This document shows, in pieces, positions 19,706 through 29,709 of a DNA stretch of 64,000 nucleotides (position 1 is the stretch's first letter; each line of letters opens with the position of its first letter). The translations under genes and the position numbers were made by a program. Source of the DNA: Dehalococcoidia bacterium (GTDB taxonomy: Bacteria > Chloroflexota > Dehalococcoidia > Lucifugimonadales > GCA-2712585); contig CBDDDE010000010.1 in NCBI GenBank assembly GCA_965226535.1, forward strand, positions 1,145,549-1,209,548, read 5' to 3'. The notes beneath the pieces were generated by a model. The model saw nothing but the letters and a program-made list of their open reading frames with translations. It ran no database searches and was not told where the DNA came from.

Positions 19706-20686
19706 ATGGCAACGGTGGTTACGGGCGGGACGGGCTTTGTAGGGTCCAACATTGTGAGGGGGCTGGCGGAGAAGGGGCATCGCGTTGTCTCCTTTGACAT
19801 TGCCCCGCCCAATGACATGGTGCTCAAGTACCTGGACGCCTGGTCAAGCCAAATCGACTTTGTAGAGGTGGATATACTGGACACGGCGTCGCTGGAGCGC
19901 GTGGCCAATTCCTATGGCGTTGATGTTATAGACAAGATAGTTCATGCGGCGGTTTACACCTCTACTCTTGTGGAAACCGAGCGGGAGGACAGCAAGAGGA
20001 TAATTGACATAAACGTGGGATGCACCACCAACATGCTGGAGTTGGCGCGTCGGCTGCCCCATCTCAAACGGTTTCTCTATGTCAGTTCCGGGGGTGTGTA
20101 CAGGGGGCAGGGTGCGCCGGGCAAGGCTATGACGGAAGACTTGCCGCTAGCACCCACCACTTTTTACGGCATAACCAAATTCGCCTCCGAGGCGATTACC
20201 GAAAGGTACGGGCTGCTTCACGGCTTTGAAGCGGTTTCCGTGCGGCTCTCCTCGCCCTACGGCCCTATGGAGCGGGCCACCGATTACCGCATTCTCATGG
20301 GTATGCTCTACAACTGGACAAGGAGCGTGGTTAGAGGCGAACCCATCCACGTCCCTGAGGCCACGGGCGGAGGCGACTGGATGTACGTGAGGGATAAAGC
20401 CGAGGGAATTCGTACCGTACTGGACGCCCCAGTTCTGAAGCACAGCGTTTACAATATCACCCAAGGGCAGCAGATCTCCCTGGAGGAGTTGAAGTCAGCG
20501 TTTCGGCAGGCAGACCCCGGAGTGGAGTTTGTGGGGCCGGGCGCTGAGGGGCCGGAGCCGCCCCGGGGCCAAGGGTATATGGACGTTAGCCGGCTTCGGG
20601 AACTGGGATTTAAGCCTAGGTACGACATTGTTTCGGGCGTGCGGGAGTATATTAACTGGCGACGCACTTTTCCCTTCCTGGACTAA
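19706..20686 (+). CDS. NAD-dependent epimerase/dehydratase (extended SDR)
   Basis: VVTGGTGFVGSNIVRGL and YxxxK (YGITK). ATG at 19706 with GAGGAG 5 nt upstream. Confidence 0.85.
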   Translation: MATVVTGGTGFVGSNIVRGLAEKGHRVVSFDIAPPNDMVLKYLDAWSSQIDFVEVDILDTASLERVANSYGVDVIDKIVHAAVYTSTLVETEREDSKRIIDINVGCTTNMLELARRLPHLKRFLYVSSGGVYRGQGAPGKAMTEDLPLAPTTFYGITKFASEAITERYGLLHGFEAVSVRLSSPYGPMERATDYRILMGMLYNWTRSVVRGEPIHVPEATGGGDWMYVRDKAEGIRTVLDAPVLKHSVYNITQGQQISLEELKSAFRQADPGVEFVGPGAEGPEPPRGQGYMDVSRLRELGFKPRYDIVSGVREYINWRRTFPFLD

Positions 20687-20702
20687 CGCCGTGACGCGGG
20701 CC

Positions 20703-21794
20703 CTAGGTCGTCGTTGCGCCTTCTTTTAGAGAGTACATATCCATGGCATTGTCGCGGAGAATGGCCTTTTTCTGCTCTTCAGTGAGGTCCTTGCGCTCCC
20801 AAATGCTGTAGAGACTTTCAGGGTATTCGTGGTCCCAATGAGGCCAGTCTGAGGTGTAGAACAGCGTATTGACGCCCATTAGCCGAATTACGTCTGGGAT
20901 TAGCTTCTCACTGGGTTCGGCGTGAATGTAGACCCTGCCGCTCTTGATGTACTGGCTGGGTTCCTTTTTGCAGTTGGGAGTCTCAAACCAGCCCCGCTTT
21001 TCCCATTCCTCGTCCATGCGGTCCAGCAGTCCGGGTACCCAGCTGCAGCCGCCCTCCAAATAGCCCACTTTAAGGTTAGGGAACTTCTCAAATACACCCT
21101 CATAGGTCATGTGCATCATCTGAATCATGTTGGAGACGGGAAAGCCGATGGTATGACTTTGTATGAACTTGCTGTAGTTATTGGACTCGGCTGTGGCATG
21201 TCCGCCGTGAACTGCGACAGTTGTGCCCAGCCTTTCGGCCTCGGCATATAGGGGGTCAAACCGTCGGTCGCCCAGCAGCCCAGCGCCCGTGGCCCCTATG
21301 AAGATCCCGGAGAACCCCAGCTCCAACACGCAGCGGCGCATCTCCTTTATGGATTCCTCTATGTCGCGCAGCGGCACCATGGCCACCGACTTGAACCTGG
21401 GGCTGAACTTTAACCACTCCTCATAGAGGTAGTCGTTGTAACCCTTTCCCAGGGCTATCTGATAATCGGGGTCTCTGATGCCGGAGTAACCCAGCAGAAC
21501 CGTCGGAAAGAGAAAGATAGTCTCCATGCCGCCGCTGTCCGCATTATCCAGCCATTCCTGAGGAGTTGGGAAATCCGGGCCTCCATGGGTGCCAAGCCTC
21601 CCCCCCAAAGTGGAATCCATGTAAGACTTGGTGGCCAGAACACTGGCACTGGTGCCCACTATGCCATCCTTATTGGGGAAGTAGCAGTGGATTTGCTTCA
21701 TCTCGCCATAGGGGCCCTGAATATATTCCCGGAGCCTGCGCTCCGGCTCCAGTATGTGACCGTCTCCATCCACAACGCCAAAGGGTGTTTTCAT
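20703..21794 (-). CDS. amidohydrolase-2 (ACMSD-like) family metal hydrolase
   Basis: N-terminal VVDGDGHILEP, and a C-terminal FYTSDWPHWD metal-ligand motif. Paralog of 33741..34925. Confidence 0.8.
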   Translation of the reverse strand: MKTPFGVVDGDGHILEPERRLREYIQGPYGEMKQIHCYFPNKDGIVGTSASVLATKSYMDSTLGGRLGTHGGPDFPTPQEWLDNADSGGMETIFLFPTVLLGYSGIRDPDYQIALGKGYNDYLYEEWLKFSPRFKSVAMVPLRDIEESIKEMRRCVLELGFSGIFIGATGAGLLGDRRFDPLYAEAERLGTTVAVHGGHATAESNNYSKFIQSHTIGFPVSNMIQMMHMTYEGVFEKFPNLKVGYLEGGCSWVPGLLDRMDEEWEKRGWFETPNCKKEPSQYIKSGRVYIHAEPSEKLIPDVIRLMGVNTLFYTSDWPHWDHEYPESLYSIWERKDLTEEQKKAILRDNAMDMYSLKEGATTT

Positions 21795-21849
21795 ATCCGC
21801 TCTTCCTCCAATTTTGTCCAGTCTATACCAAGTTACTTACCAACTCTAT

Positions 21850-21881
21850 AGAGGCCGCCCCAACTTATCGGGGCGGCCTCT
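21850..21881 (-). terminator. GC-rich hairpin downstream of the decayed SBP gene
   Basis: agaggccgcccc / ggggcggcctct forms a 12-bp stem with an 8-nt loop. The U-tract is weak. Confidence 0.4.
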
Positions 21882-21905
21882 GATGCTATTGCAACCCGGT
21901 GTAGA

Positions 21906-23698
21906 TTACTTATAGACCGGTACGGCAAACTCCAAGTGTCGCACCGGGCCAAAGTTCCCCATATTAGCTTGATAATCAGCCACTACTTCAGGGTCCACGG
22001 CCACTTCCGGAAGGATCCAAAACATTGGCACAGTGCCGAACCCTTCATACATCCTCTTGCCGTACACCAGCTCCAACTCATCCAGCCGGTCGGTGTCAAC
22101 CGTCTGTTCATACTCCCTGTAATGCTCCAGCAAAACGGGGTCTTGCCAGATGGGAACTCCCGAGAAGAGTCCGTTACTCCACGTTCCCGAAATGTATCCG
22201 GGGCCGACCCCAAATCGATATCCGACCAGGGTGCCGCCGTACTGATAACTCTGGGTGTTGCTGATGACCAGCCCGTAATCCAAGGTGGTGAAGTTTGTTT
22301 TTACCCCTATGGCGTTCCAGTACGGCAAAGTGGCCTCGGTAATGTCCGGGGTTTCAGGGAAGCCAGACATGTTGGGCGCAACCACTACGTTCAACTCCAA
22401 GCCGTCGCCATACCCGGCGGCAGCAAGCAACTCCTTGGGGCCCTCTCAGGGTCATAGGGATACGGAGTCCAGTTGGGATCGTAGGCCCTCTGGCTGGGCA
22501 TCATGCCGTGGACGGCCTGGAGAAAGGCGCGGTCTTCCAGAAAGACCTCTCGTATCTCTTCCCGGTCAATGGCAATGTTAAGCGCTTCCCTTACTCTCAC
22601 GTCGTTAAGGGGATCAGCGGCGTTATAGTTCTCGCCAAAACTCATACCTGGAACTCTATGGGTTCGGGGAAGTAGAGTGGAAAGACAAAGAAGTAAGACA
22701 TCCCCGGCAGGGTACTGCGGACCCGCTGGAAACCCCTTTCCGTAGCCTCTGGCATGAGAAGGGCGGGAATGCCTGCCATGTGAGTTTCATTTGTCAGAAT
22801 CATGGCCAGCCTCGTGGCCGGTTCAGGAATATACTGGAATTGTACTTCGCTGAATCCGGGTATCTTCCACCAGTGATCGTCCTCTGCATTCTTAAACCGC
22901 TCCACCAACATCCCCTCCCCTACGGCAAACTCGACAAAAGTAAAGGGTCTTGTTCCGATGGGGTTGGCGGAGTACCCTTCCTCGCCTTCGGAGTCCCAGT
23001 GATCTGCGCTTAAAATGGGGAAAACCGATGATTCAGATACGTCCTGAATCAAAAACGGCGTTGGTACCTGCAGATTGAACACAACCTTGTAAGGGTCTGA
23101 AATATCTATATTGGTTGAATCTCCCACCCAATTGACCCAGGTCCTTCTCCTGTAGCTCAGGCTAGATTCCATGGTGGTTACGTCATAGGACCGACGCACG
23201 TCCTTAGACGTGAACTCCGTTCCGTCGTGAAAGAGGACACCCCTTCGTAGGTCGAAGGTCCACGTCTTGCCGTCGGGGGACATGGACCATTGGGTAGCCA
23301 GCATGGGCTCAGTTGCTTCCGTAAACCGGTCCATCCAGAGGAGCTGGTCATAGATGGTTCTCAACACACCCGTGGAGATGCCGCTATTCTGAGTGTGGTA
23401 CATGGTGGTCTGCGACCCCGGGTGGGACATGGCAACCAACAGCCGGGCCGAGACGGGCACTTTGGCGACGGGGGCCATGGTGGCCGTTGGGGGTTGGCCG
23501 CGGTGTGGCGGTGGCCGTGGCCGGCGCCCTGGTGGGCGTTGGCGCGGCTGTTGGCCTTGGCGCGGCCGTAGGCGCCATTGTTGTGGCCGCAGCAGTTGCG
23601 GCAGGCGCGGCGGTGGCGTCATCCTCCCCGCCACAGGCCACAATCAGCAACACAAGAGCCGCCGCCATCATGGCCCAAATTATCCTTCTTTGTTTCAA
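21906..23698 (-). pseudogene. family-5 ABC substrate-binding lipoprotein, disrupted by at least three frameshifts
   Basis: ORF-track fragments 23384..23698 (signal peptide plus lipobox LIVACGG), 22642..23643, 22391..22645 and 21906..22430 lie in different frames. In that order they are colinear with the intact paralog 23983..25794. Confidence 0.8.
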
Positions 23699-23925
23699 TA
23701 TCGTTGAAAATATCCATTATGTTCCCCCAGACAGGCTATTAGCGACAAGCTAACACCCGCACCTTTCATTGTTAAGGATGGCAATACGAGTTAAGGTTGC
23801 CATTGTACTGTTGGTGCTTTGCTTACCATGGTAATAGTAAGGAGAATTATGCTTATAGTATATAAATACAAAAAATATGCCCAATAAAAGCAATTGGTTA
23901 GGCCAAAACTCAGCAAGTCGATAAA

Positions 23926-23960
23926 AGAGAAGGCCGCCCCACATGGGGGCGGCCTTCTCT
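23926..23960 (-). terminator. intrinsic terminator of the intact SBP gene
   Basis: Perfect 15-bp stem agagaaggccgcccc / ggggcggccttctct with a 5-nt loop. On the minus strand it is followed by TTTTAT. Confidence 0.75.
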
Positions 23961-23982
23961 TTAGGGGTCTCTAAGGTTTGGG

Positions 23983-25794
23983 TTACTTGTACACGGGTTT
24001 GGTGAACTCGTGATGGCGCACCGGACCCATGTGGAGCATGTTGGCTTCGTAGCCCTGAAGAATCTCCGGGTCGTAACCCACCTGTGGGAACAGGAAGAAC
24101 AGAGGGATGATTAGATGGTTTTTGTACATCCAGTCACCTGTCTCGTGGGTAAGTCTAAGGATGTCCTCAGGTAGGACCCTCTTCTTGAGGTCAACGTAGA
24201 GGTTGTCCAACTCCCCGTATTCCCAGTTTGCGGAGCCACAGCCACCGCTAACGTTGCTCATGGGGAAGCACCAGCCCAAGGGGGCTAGCCTTGTGGCGTA
24301 GCGCATCATGAAGACGGTGCGGCCCAGGTTCCGCTCTCGACTAAGCCTGAGCACTTCGGCAAACTCTACTACCTCAATCTTGGGCTGAAGGCCAATGGCC
24401 AGCCAGTCGGCACCAATGGCTTCGCCAACGTCCGGCCCCTCTGGCACGCCGGCCATGTTGGGAGCCATCAGGAGGGTAAACTCAAACCCATTGGGGTAGC
24501 CGGCTTCGGCTAGCATTTGCTTAGCGGCGTCGGGGTCATATGGGTAGGGATAGCCACGTCCATCACAGCCGGTGGTACCGGTGGGCCCTGGGAAGGGGAA
24601 CCAGCTGTCTTTGCAGTCGCTGCGATAAGGGGGAACGTTGTGAATGGCTTGCGGTATGGCGGCGTCGCCCCAGAAAGCCTGTCTTATGGCGTCCCTGTTT
24701 ATTGCGATGTTAAGGGCTTCTCTTACCTTGACGTTCCTCAGGGGGTCGTCGGCAGAGTAGCCGGGGGCAAGGGGTTCCATCTCGCCCTTACGAGCTCCGG
24801 CAAGGACCTCGGTGGGCTTGTCATAGTACTGACCGCCAATGAAGGCGTAGATGTAGAACCCTGGGAGAGTGCTGGTGGCTATCTTCAGTCCCCTTTCAGT
24901 TGCCTCGGGCAACTGGGTCCTGGGAACGTCGGCCATTGCAACTTCGTTGGCCAGTAGCATGGCTAGTCTGGTTGAGTCCTCCTTGACGTAGAAGAACTGC
25001 AACTCGTGGAACTCAGGAGTCTTCCGATAATGGTCCTCCACGCGCTCGTGGAGGATGTGAGAGTCAATAACCAGCTCAACAAATTGGAAGGGACCGGTGC
25101 CTATGGGATGATCCAGGTAGCCTTCCTCTCCAACGGTGTCCCAGTAGTCCTTGCTGATTATCCCTGCAACCCACTCTTCAGCCATCCAGAACTCCATGAG
25201 GGGTTCGGGTTTGTCCAAGTTCCAGGTGATTTCGTAGTCGTTGGGGATTATAAATTGTTCTTCTCTAAGGCCCAGGTCCCTCCAGATGGAGGCGCCGGCC
25301 ACCGAGTCTTCTCTGCCGAGAACTTGAACGGTTTGTATAACGTCTTTGGCGGTAAACTCAGTGCCGACGTAGTCGTCCGTAGTGTGGAATGGGACACCCT
25401 GTCTGAGCTTGAAGTGCCAAGTCTCGCCGTCGGGCTCCATACTCCACTCGGTAGCCAACTGCTCATTAGACCATTCTCCGGTGTACCGGTCCATGTAGAT
25501 TAGGTGTTCATACATGGGCTTCTGGGGACCAGTGGAGCTCTGGAAGGTCCTCCACATCATGGTTACCTGGTGACCCGGTGGTACCATAGCCACCTGCAAC
25601 CGCGGGTTCACCGGCTCCATGGCGGCTGGCGCCATTGTCGCCGTTGGCATAGCCGTGGGCGCGGCGGTTGCCGGCGCCTGTGTAGCCACCGGAGTGGCGT
25701 CGTCGTCACCGCCGCACGCCATGATTAGCAGCGTGAATACGACAAGCGCCGATATTGCCAGGTACACCTTCCTCATGTCTTTTCTCATACTCAA
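23983..25794 (-). CDS. ABC transporter substrate-binding lipoprotein, family 5 (peptide/opine/nickel type)
   Basis: Signal peptide with lipobox (LLIMACGG) and an Ala/Pro/Thr linker. The 603-aa family-5 SBP architecture is present (...YDPDAAKQMLAEAGYPNGFEF...). Confidence 0.9.
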   Translation of the reverse strand: MSMRKDMRKVYLAISALVVFTLLIMACGGDDDATPVATQAPATAAPTAMPTATMAPAAMEPVNPRLQVAMVPPGHQVTMMWRTFQSSTGPQKPMYEHLIYMDRYTGEWSNEQLATEWSMEPDGETWHFKLRQGVPFHTTDDYVGTEFTAKDVIQTVQVLGREDSVAGASIWRDLGLREEQFIIPNDYEITWNLDKPEPLMEFWMAEEWVAGIISKDYWDTVGEEGYLDHPIGTGPFQFVELVIDSHILHERVEDHYRKTPEFHELQFFYVKEDSTRLAMLLANEVAMADVPRTQLPEATERGLKIATSTLPGFYIYAFIGGQYYDKPTEVLAGARKGEMEPLAPGYSADDPLRNVKVREALNIAINRDAIRQAFWGDAAIPQAIHNVPPYRSDCKDSWFPFPGPTGTTGCDGRGYPYPYDPDAAKQMLAEAGYPNGFEFTLLMAPNMAGVPEGPDVGEAIGADWLAIGLQPKIEVVEFAEVLRLSRERNLGRTVFMMRYATRLAPLGWCFPMSNVSGGCGSANWEYGELDNLYVDLKKRVLPEDILRLTHETGDWMYKNHLIIPLFFLFPQVGYDPEILQGYEANMLHMGPVRHHEFTKPVYK

Positions 25795-26047
25795 TTACCC
25801 CCTATTCTGAAATCTTGTTAACCACGTCGACTTGAGCCTTTTGGACTCTCGCCTGCCAACAAGCGTATTGACAAGCTTACTCCTAGCTAGGAAAATCATT
25901 CCTGCATTGGGCGCCAAGCTAACACCCCTTTTTTCTGTTTGTCAAGGCAACATAAGCGATAGCTGACTACCGGAAGAGGCCCTGAATATCCTTAACAATA
26001 CCCTAAAGAACTATCTCAAATAGTTCCAAAATCGCCAGGAGGTATAG

Positions 26048-27188
26048 ATGGCAGCACAAAAGATAGATAAGAAAGAACTGTTCAACGAGTCCCGCTTCCA
26101 GAGCTTGATACAGGAGGAGGACGTGGCGGCGGTAATTGCTTCAAGTCCGGCCAACATTACCTACACTTCAGGCTATCAAAACGTTGACATGAAACTCCTG
26201 CCCGAGCGGATGAAGGCCGTTATCTTGCCTAGAGAGGGCAGCCCCACGCTTGATGCTCAACGGGAACCGCAACACAGTGGACAGCTTTGTTGAGGACGTT
26301 AGGCGTTACGCCCTGTACGAAGGCGCGGTGGACCCCGGCCTCTGGGCCCTGGTGGATATCTTGCGGACAATGGAGCTGGTGGACGAAAAGGTGGGCATAG
26401 AGATGCGTTACGTCACCGGTCACACCTACGACACCTTGCAAAGGGAGTTTCCCCGAATACGCTGGGTGGCCGCCGACCATCTTCTGGAGCGGACCCGTCA
26501 GGTGAAGACACCGGCGGAAATTGAGCTAATGCGCCACGCGGCCCGGGTTACGGACCGCGCCATTGCCATGGCCTACCAGGGGGCAACGCCCACTGATACG
26601 GAGAAGTCCGTGGGGGATGCCATGAGCTACAACGTCATGCGCTTCGGCGCCGACATAGTTGCCTTCAACATTTTGGCGTCTGGCAAGCGGATGACCGCCG
26701 GGCATCACACCGGCGCCGTCGTGCCCCTGGAGCCTGGGAGCCTCATGCGGTGCGACTTTGGAGCGACTTTCCAGGGCTACTACAGCGACTTGGCAAGGCT
26801 GGCCGTTGTCGGCAACCCCTCTCAGCGGCAAGAGGATACCTACGCACGGTACCTGGAAGTCCATCAACGCACCTTGGACTATGTCCGGCCCGGCGTTACC
26901 GGCGAAGAGATATTCAACTTTGCTTGCGACGCCTACCGCGACCAGGGGTTGAGCCTGCCAATGATGGGCGGACACAGCATTGGGCTGGTAATCCACGAGC
27001 GTCCCATCATCATTCCAGGCGACACCTGGGAGGTGGAAGAGGGCATGGTAATGTGCATAGAAACCGTAAGCTCCGTAGAGGAGTACGACGAGCATTATCA
27101 CTTGGAAGACATGATTGTCGTAACTAACAGCGGCGTTGAGGTGCTGTCGGACTACACTAATTTGGACGCGCCTATCCGGATAACCTAA
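26048..27188 (+). pseudogene. M24 family metallopeptidase (Xaa-Pro peptidase/creatinase-like) interrupted by one frameshift
   Basis: The creatinase_N-like N-terminus is in ORF 26048..26293. The pita-bread domain is in ORF 26250..27188 (HHTGAVVPLEPG, DFGATFQGYYSD, GHSIGLVIHE, CIE). The frames join around 26250-26262 (...PREGSPTL | MLNGNRNTV...). Confidence 0.75.
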
Positions 27189-27285
27189 CCGTTGGTGGGC
27201 ACTTGATCCCTCACCGGCGATGACCGCATTCTCCGGCGTCTAGAGACTGCTGCCTTGCTCTCGAAAAACGGGATCCTTCGCTGTA

Positions 27286-27314
27286 TTGCACGTTGCCTTG
27301 CAAATGCCTAAAAT
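27286..27314 (+). promoter_or_regulatory. candidate sigma70-type promoter of the Ldh2/hydratase/CoA-transferase operon
   Basis: TTGCAC (27286-27291), 17-nt spacer, TAAAAT (27309-27314). It lies ~85 nt upstream of the ATG at 27400. Confidence 0.35.
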
Positions 27315-27399
27315 CGGGGTGAATTTACGATTCTAGGGTTTTGGAGTAGTACCAGGGCTTATCACCTAATCACCGTGGTATATATAATAAGGAAACATC

Positions 27400-28485
27400 A
27401 TGCTTAAACAGTTCCAAATCCCCCAGGAAAACGTGGTTAGAATCTCGCACGACGGGTTGCGGCAAGCCACGAAAGCACTGTTTGAGCGTCACGGCGTCCC
27501 TTCCCCCGACGCCGAGATAGCGGCTGACGTGCTGGTTAGGGCGGACCTTCGCGGAGTGGACACCCACGGCGTCTCCAATATGCTCCGTACGTATCTCAGC
27601 GACTTTAAGACCGGCGTCATCAACCCGACGCCGCAGATACACGTGATTCGTGAAACCCCGGCCACCGCCAACCTGCACTCCGACAACGGTCTTGGAACAG
27701 TGGTAACGCCCAAGGCCATGGACTTGGCCATAAAGAAGGCCAGGGACGTGGGCGTGGGCATGGTAACGGTTGCCTATGGCAGGCACCTTGGCATGGCGTC
27801 ATACCACGCCATGATGGCCCTGGAGCACGATATGATTGGCGTCTGCGTTACCAACGCGGGCCCAAGGGTTATGCCGACTTTCGGCGCCGTGCCCCGGCTT
27901 GGCACTAACCCCATCGCGGTGGCGGCCCCGGCGGGTGCGGAACCACCCTTTGTGTTTGACGTCGCTACCAGCACTATCGCAGGCAACAAGATAACCATCG
28001 CCCAACGTCTGGAATCGAAACTCCTGGGGGGCTGGGTATCCGACTTTGCCGGTGTGCCAATTATGGAGGAGACAGATCCTCCATCCGTGGACGCTGCGGG
28101 GCTTCTGCCCCTGGGCAGCACCAGGGAGATGGGCTCGCACAAGGGCTACGGCCTCGGCTGCGTGGTGGACATCCTCAGCGGTATTCTATCGGGCGGCGGC
28201 TACGGCATGTTCCCCGGCCGACCCTTCAACAACCACATGGTGGCGGCCTATCGCATAGACGCGTTTACCGGCGTGGACAGCTTCAAAGCAATGATGGACG
28301 AGTTTCTCCAGACCCTCAAGGCGACGCCCCCGGCGCCGGGACATGAGCGTGTCATGGTGCCCGGTCAACCTGAGGCGGAGACGGAACGGGACCGCCTGGC
28401 CAACGGCATTCCCCTCCATGAGGAAGTTGTCCAGTGGTTCCGTTCTACCTGCCGGGAATTGGATATACCCTACACCCTTGGGTGA
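27400..28485 (+). CDS. Ldh2-family (malate/L-lactate/sulfolactate-type) NAD(P)H-dependent dehydrogenase
   Basis: RGVDTHGVSNML, GTNPIAVAAPAG, GSHKGYGLGCVVDILSG. Length is 361 aa. Paralog of 43029..44114. Confidence 0.88.
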   Translation: MLKQFQIPQENVVRISHDGLRQATKALFERHGVPSPDAEIAADVLVRADLRGVDTHGVSNMLRTYLSDFKTGVINPTPQIHVIRETPATANLHSDNGLGTVVTPKAMDLAIKKARDVGVGMVTVAYGRHLGMASYHAMMALEHDMIGVCVTNAGPRVMPTFGAVPRLGTNPIAVAAPAGAEPPFVFDVATSTIAGNKITIAQRLESKLLGGWVSDFAGVPIMEETDPPSVDAAGLLPLGSTREMGSHKGYGLGCVVDILSGILSGGGYGMFPGRPFNNHMVAAYRIDAFTGVDSFKAMMDEFLQTLKATPPAPGHERVMVPGQPEAETERDRLANGIPLHEEVVQWFRSTCRELDIPYTLG

Positions 28486-28574
28486 CCCCGCCGTCGTGCC
28501 GTTACCGAACACACTTCAATTGACACCGTCCAAGGGCGTCGTTACCATGAATTCAGCCTGAGCGAGGCCCTTTT

Positions 28575-29696
28575 TTGGTCCAAGACGATCAGTTTCCCAA
28601 GATAACCGGCGAAGAGCTTGACCGTTTGAAAAAGGTCTTGGGCGTGGAGCTTGAGGTTAGAGACCCCTTCAACCGGTACGCCACCCCCGACACTATCCGG
28701 CACTTTGCCCACGCCATTGGCGACGACAATCCACTTTTCACTGACGAAGAGTACGCCGAATCTACTTCTTGGGCCTCCCCCATAGCCCCGCCCACCTTCC
28801 TCTTCAGCTGCTTTGGCAGAGGGGCGCCACAGGGCTTGCGCGGTATTCACAGCATGTGGGGCGGCGCTTCCTTCGACATGTACGCTCCCATCGCCTCCGG
28901 GGCGCCCATCAAAGGGACCGTGGCCCTCACGGGACTTACGCCGAAGGGGAGCCAATTCGCGGGCAAGACCATCTTGCAAGAGCACGTCTATACCTTCAAA
29001 ACGTCGGAAAACGCGTTCCTTGGCAGGGTGAAGGAGTGGCACCTTAGAACGGAGCGTGACACGGCCCGGCAGCGGGGCAAGCACCGGCGAATGGAACTGG
29101 CCAACTACTCCAAGGAAGACATTGAGCGTATCTATGCAGACTACTTGAAAGAGGAGATTCGCGGGGCCAATCCCCGGTATTGGGAAGACACGGAGGCCGG
29201 CCAAAAACTGCCCCACGTTGTGAAGGGGCCCCTGAGAGTAACCGACAATGTTGCTTGGAAAGTCGGCTGGGGTTTTCGTCCCTTCACCTACGCTCACAAG
29301 CTGGGGGTGGATTACTACAGGAAGCACCCAATGGCCTTCATTACTAACGATCAGGGTGTCCCTGACGTGCCGGAGAGGGTCCACTGGGACCCCGACTTTG
29401 CTCGAAGGGTTGGCGTACCGTCATCCTACGACTTTGGCCCCCAGCGAGTGGCTTGGCTGGGTCAGGTGGTGACTAATTGGATGGGCGACCACGGATTTAT
29501 TGCCAAGTTCCGGGGCGAGGTGCGCCGTTTCAACCTTGTGGGGGATACTCACTGGCTCAGTGGAGAAGTGACGAGCAAGAGCGTTGAGAATGGCCGACAC
29601 ATTGTCACGGTGGCCCTTCGGGGCCTTGACCAGCGCGGCGAGGAAACTATCCGCGGTGGTGCTACCGTGGTCCTCCTCACCAGGGACTCAACGTAA
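28575..29696 (+). CDS. double hot-dog (MaoC-like) acyl-CoA hydratase/dehydratase
   Basis: The N-terminal half reads ...TIRHFAHAIGDDNPLFTDEEYA... (FAS1-like/MaoC_N), followed by a second hot-dog half. Length is 373 aa. TTG start. Confidence 0.7.
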   Translation: MVQDDQFPKITGEELDRLKKVLGVELEVRDPFNRYATPDTIRHFAHAIGDDNPLFTDEEYAESTSWASPIAPPTFLFSCFGRGAPQGLRGIHSMWGGASFDMYAPIASGAPIKGTVALTGLTPKGSQFAGKTILQEHVYTFKTSENAFLGRVKEWHLRTERDTARQRGKHRRMELANYSKEDIERIYADYLKEEIRGANPRYWEDTEAGQKLPHVVKGPLRVTDNVAWKVGWGFRPFTYAHKLGVDYYRKHPMAFITNDQGVPDVPERVHWDPDFARRVGVPSSYDFGPQRVAWLGQVVTNWMGDHGFIAKFRGEVRRFNLVGDTHWLSGEVTSKSVENGRHIVTVALRGLDQRGEETIRGGATVVLLTRDST

Positions 29697-29709
29697 AAGC
29701 ACACCTTCC

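Noticed and set aside
23470-23650. GC-rich quasi-repetitive stretch (also 25620-25730) as a possible tandem repeat or CRISPR-like array
   Set aside because: It encodes the Ala/Pro/Thr-rich linker after the lipobox of the two SBP paralogs. There is no regular repeat-spacer periodicity.
28542-29384. 280-aa minus-strand ORF
   Set aside because: It is antisense to the MaoC-like hydratase gene. It has no motif and no RBS, and the plus-strand gene fits the operon spacing.
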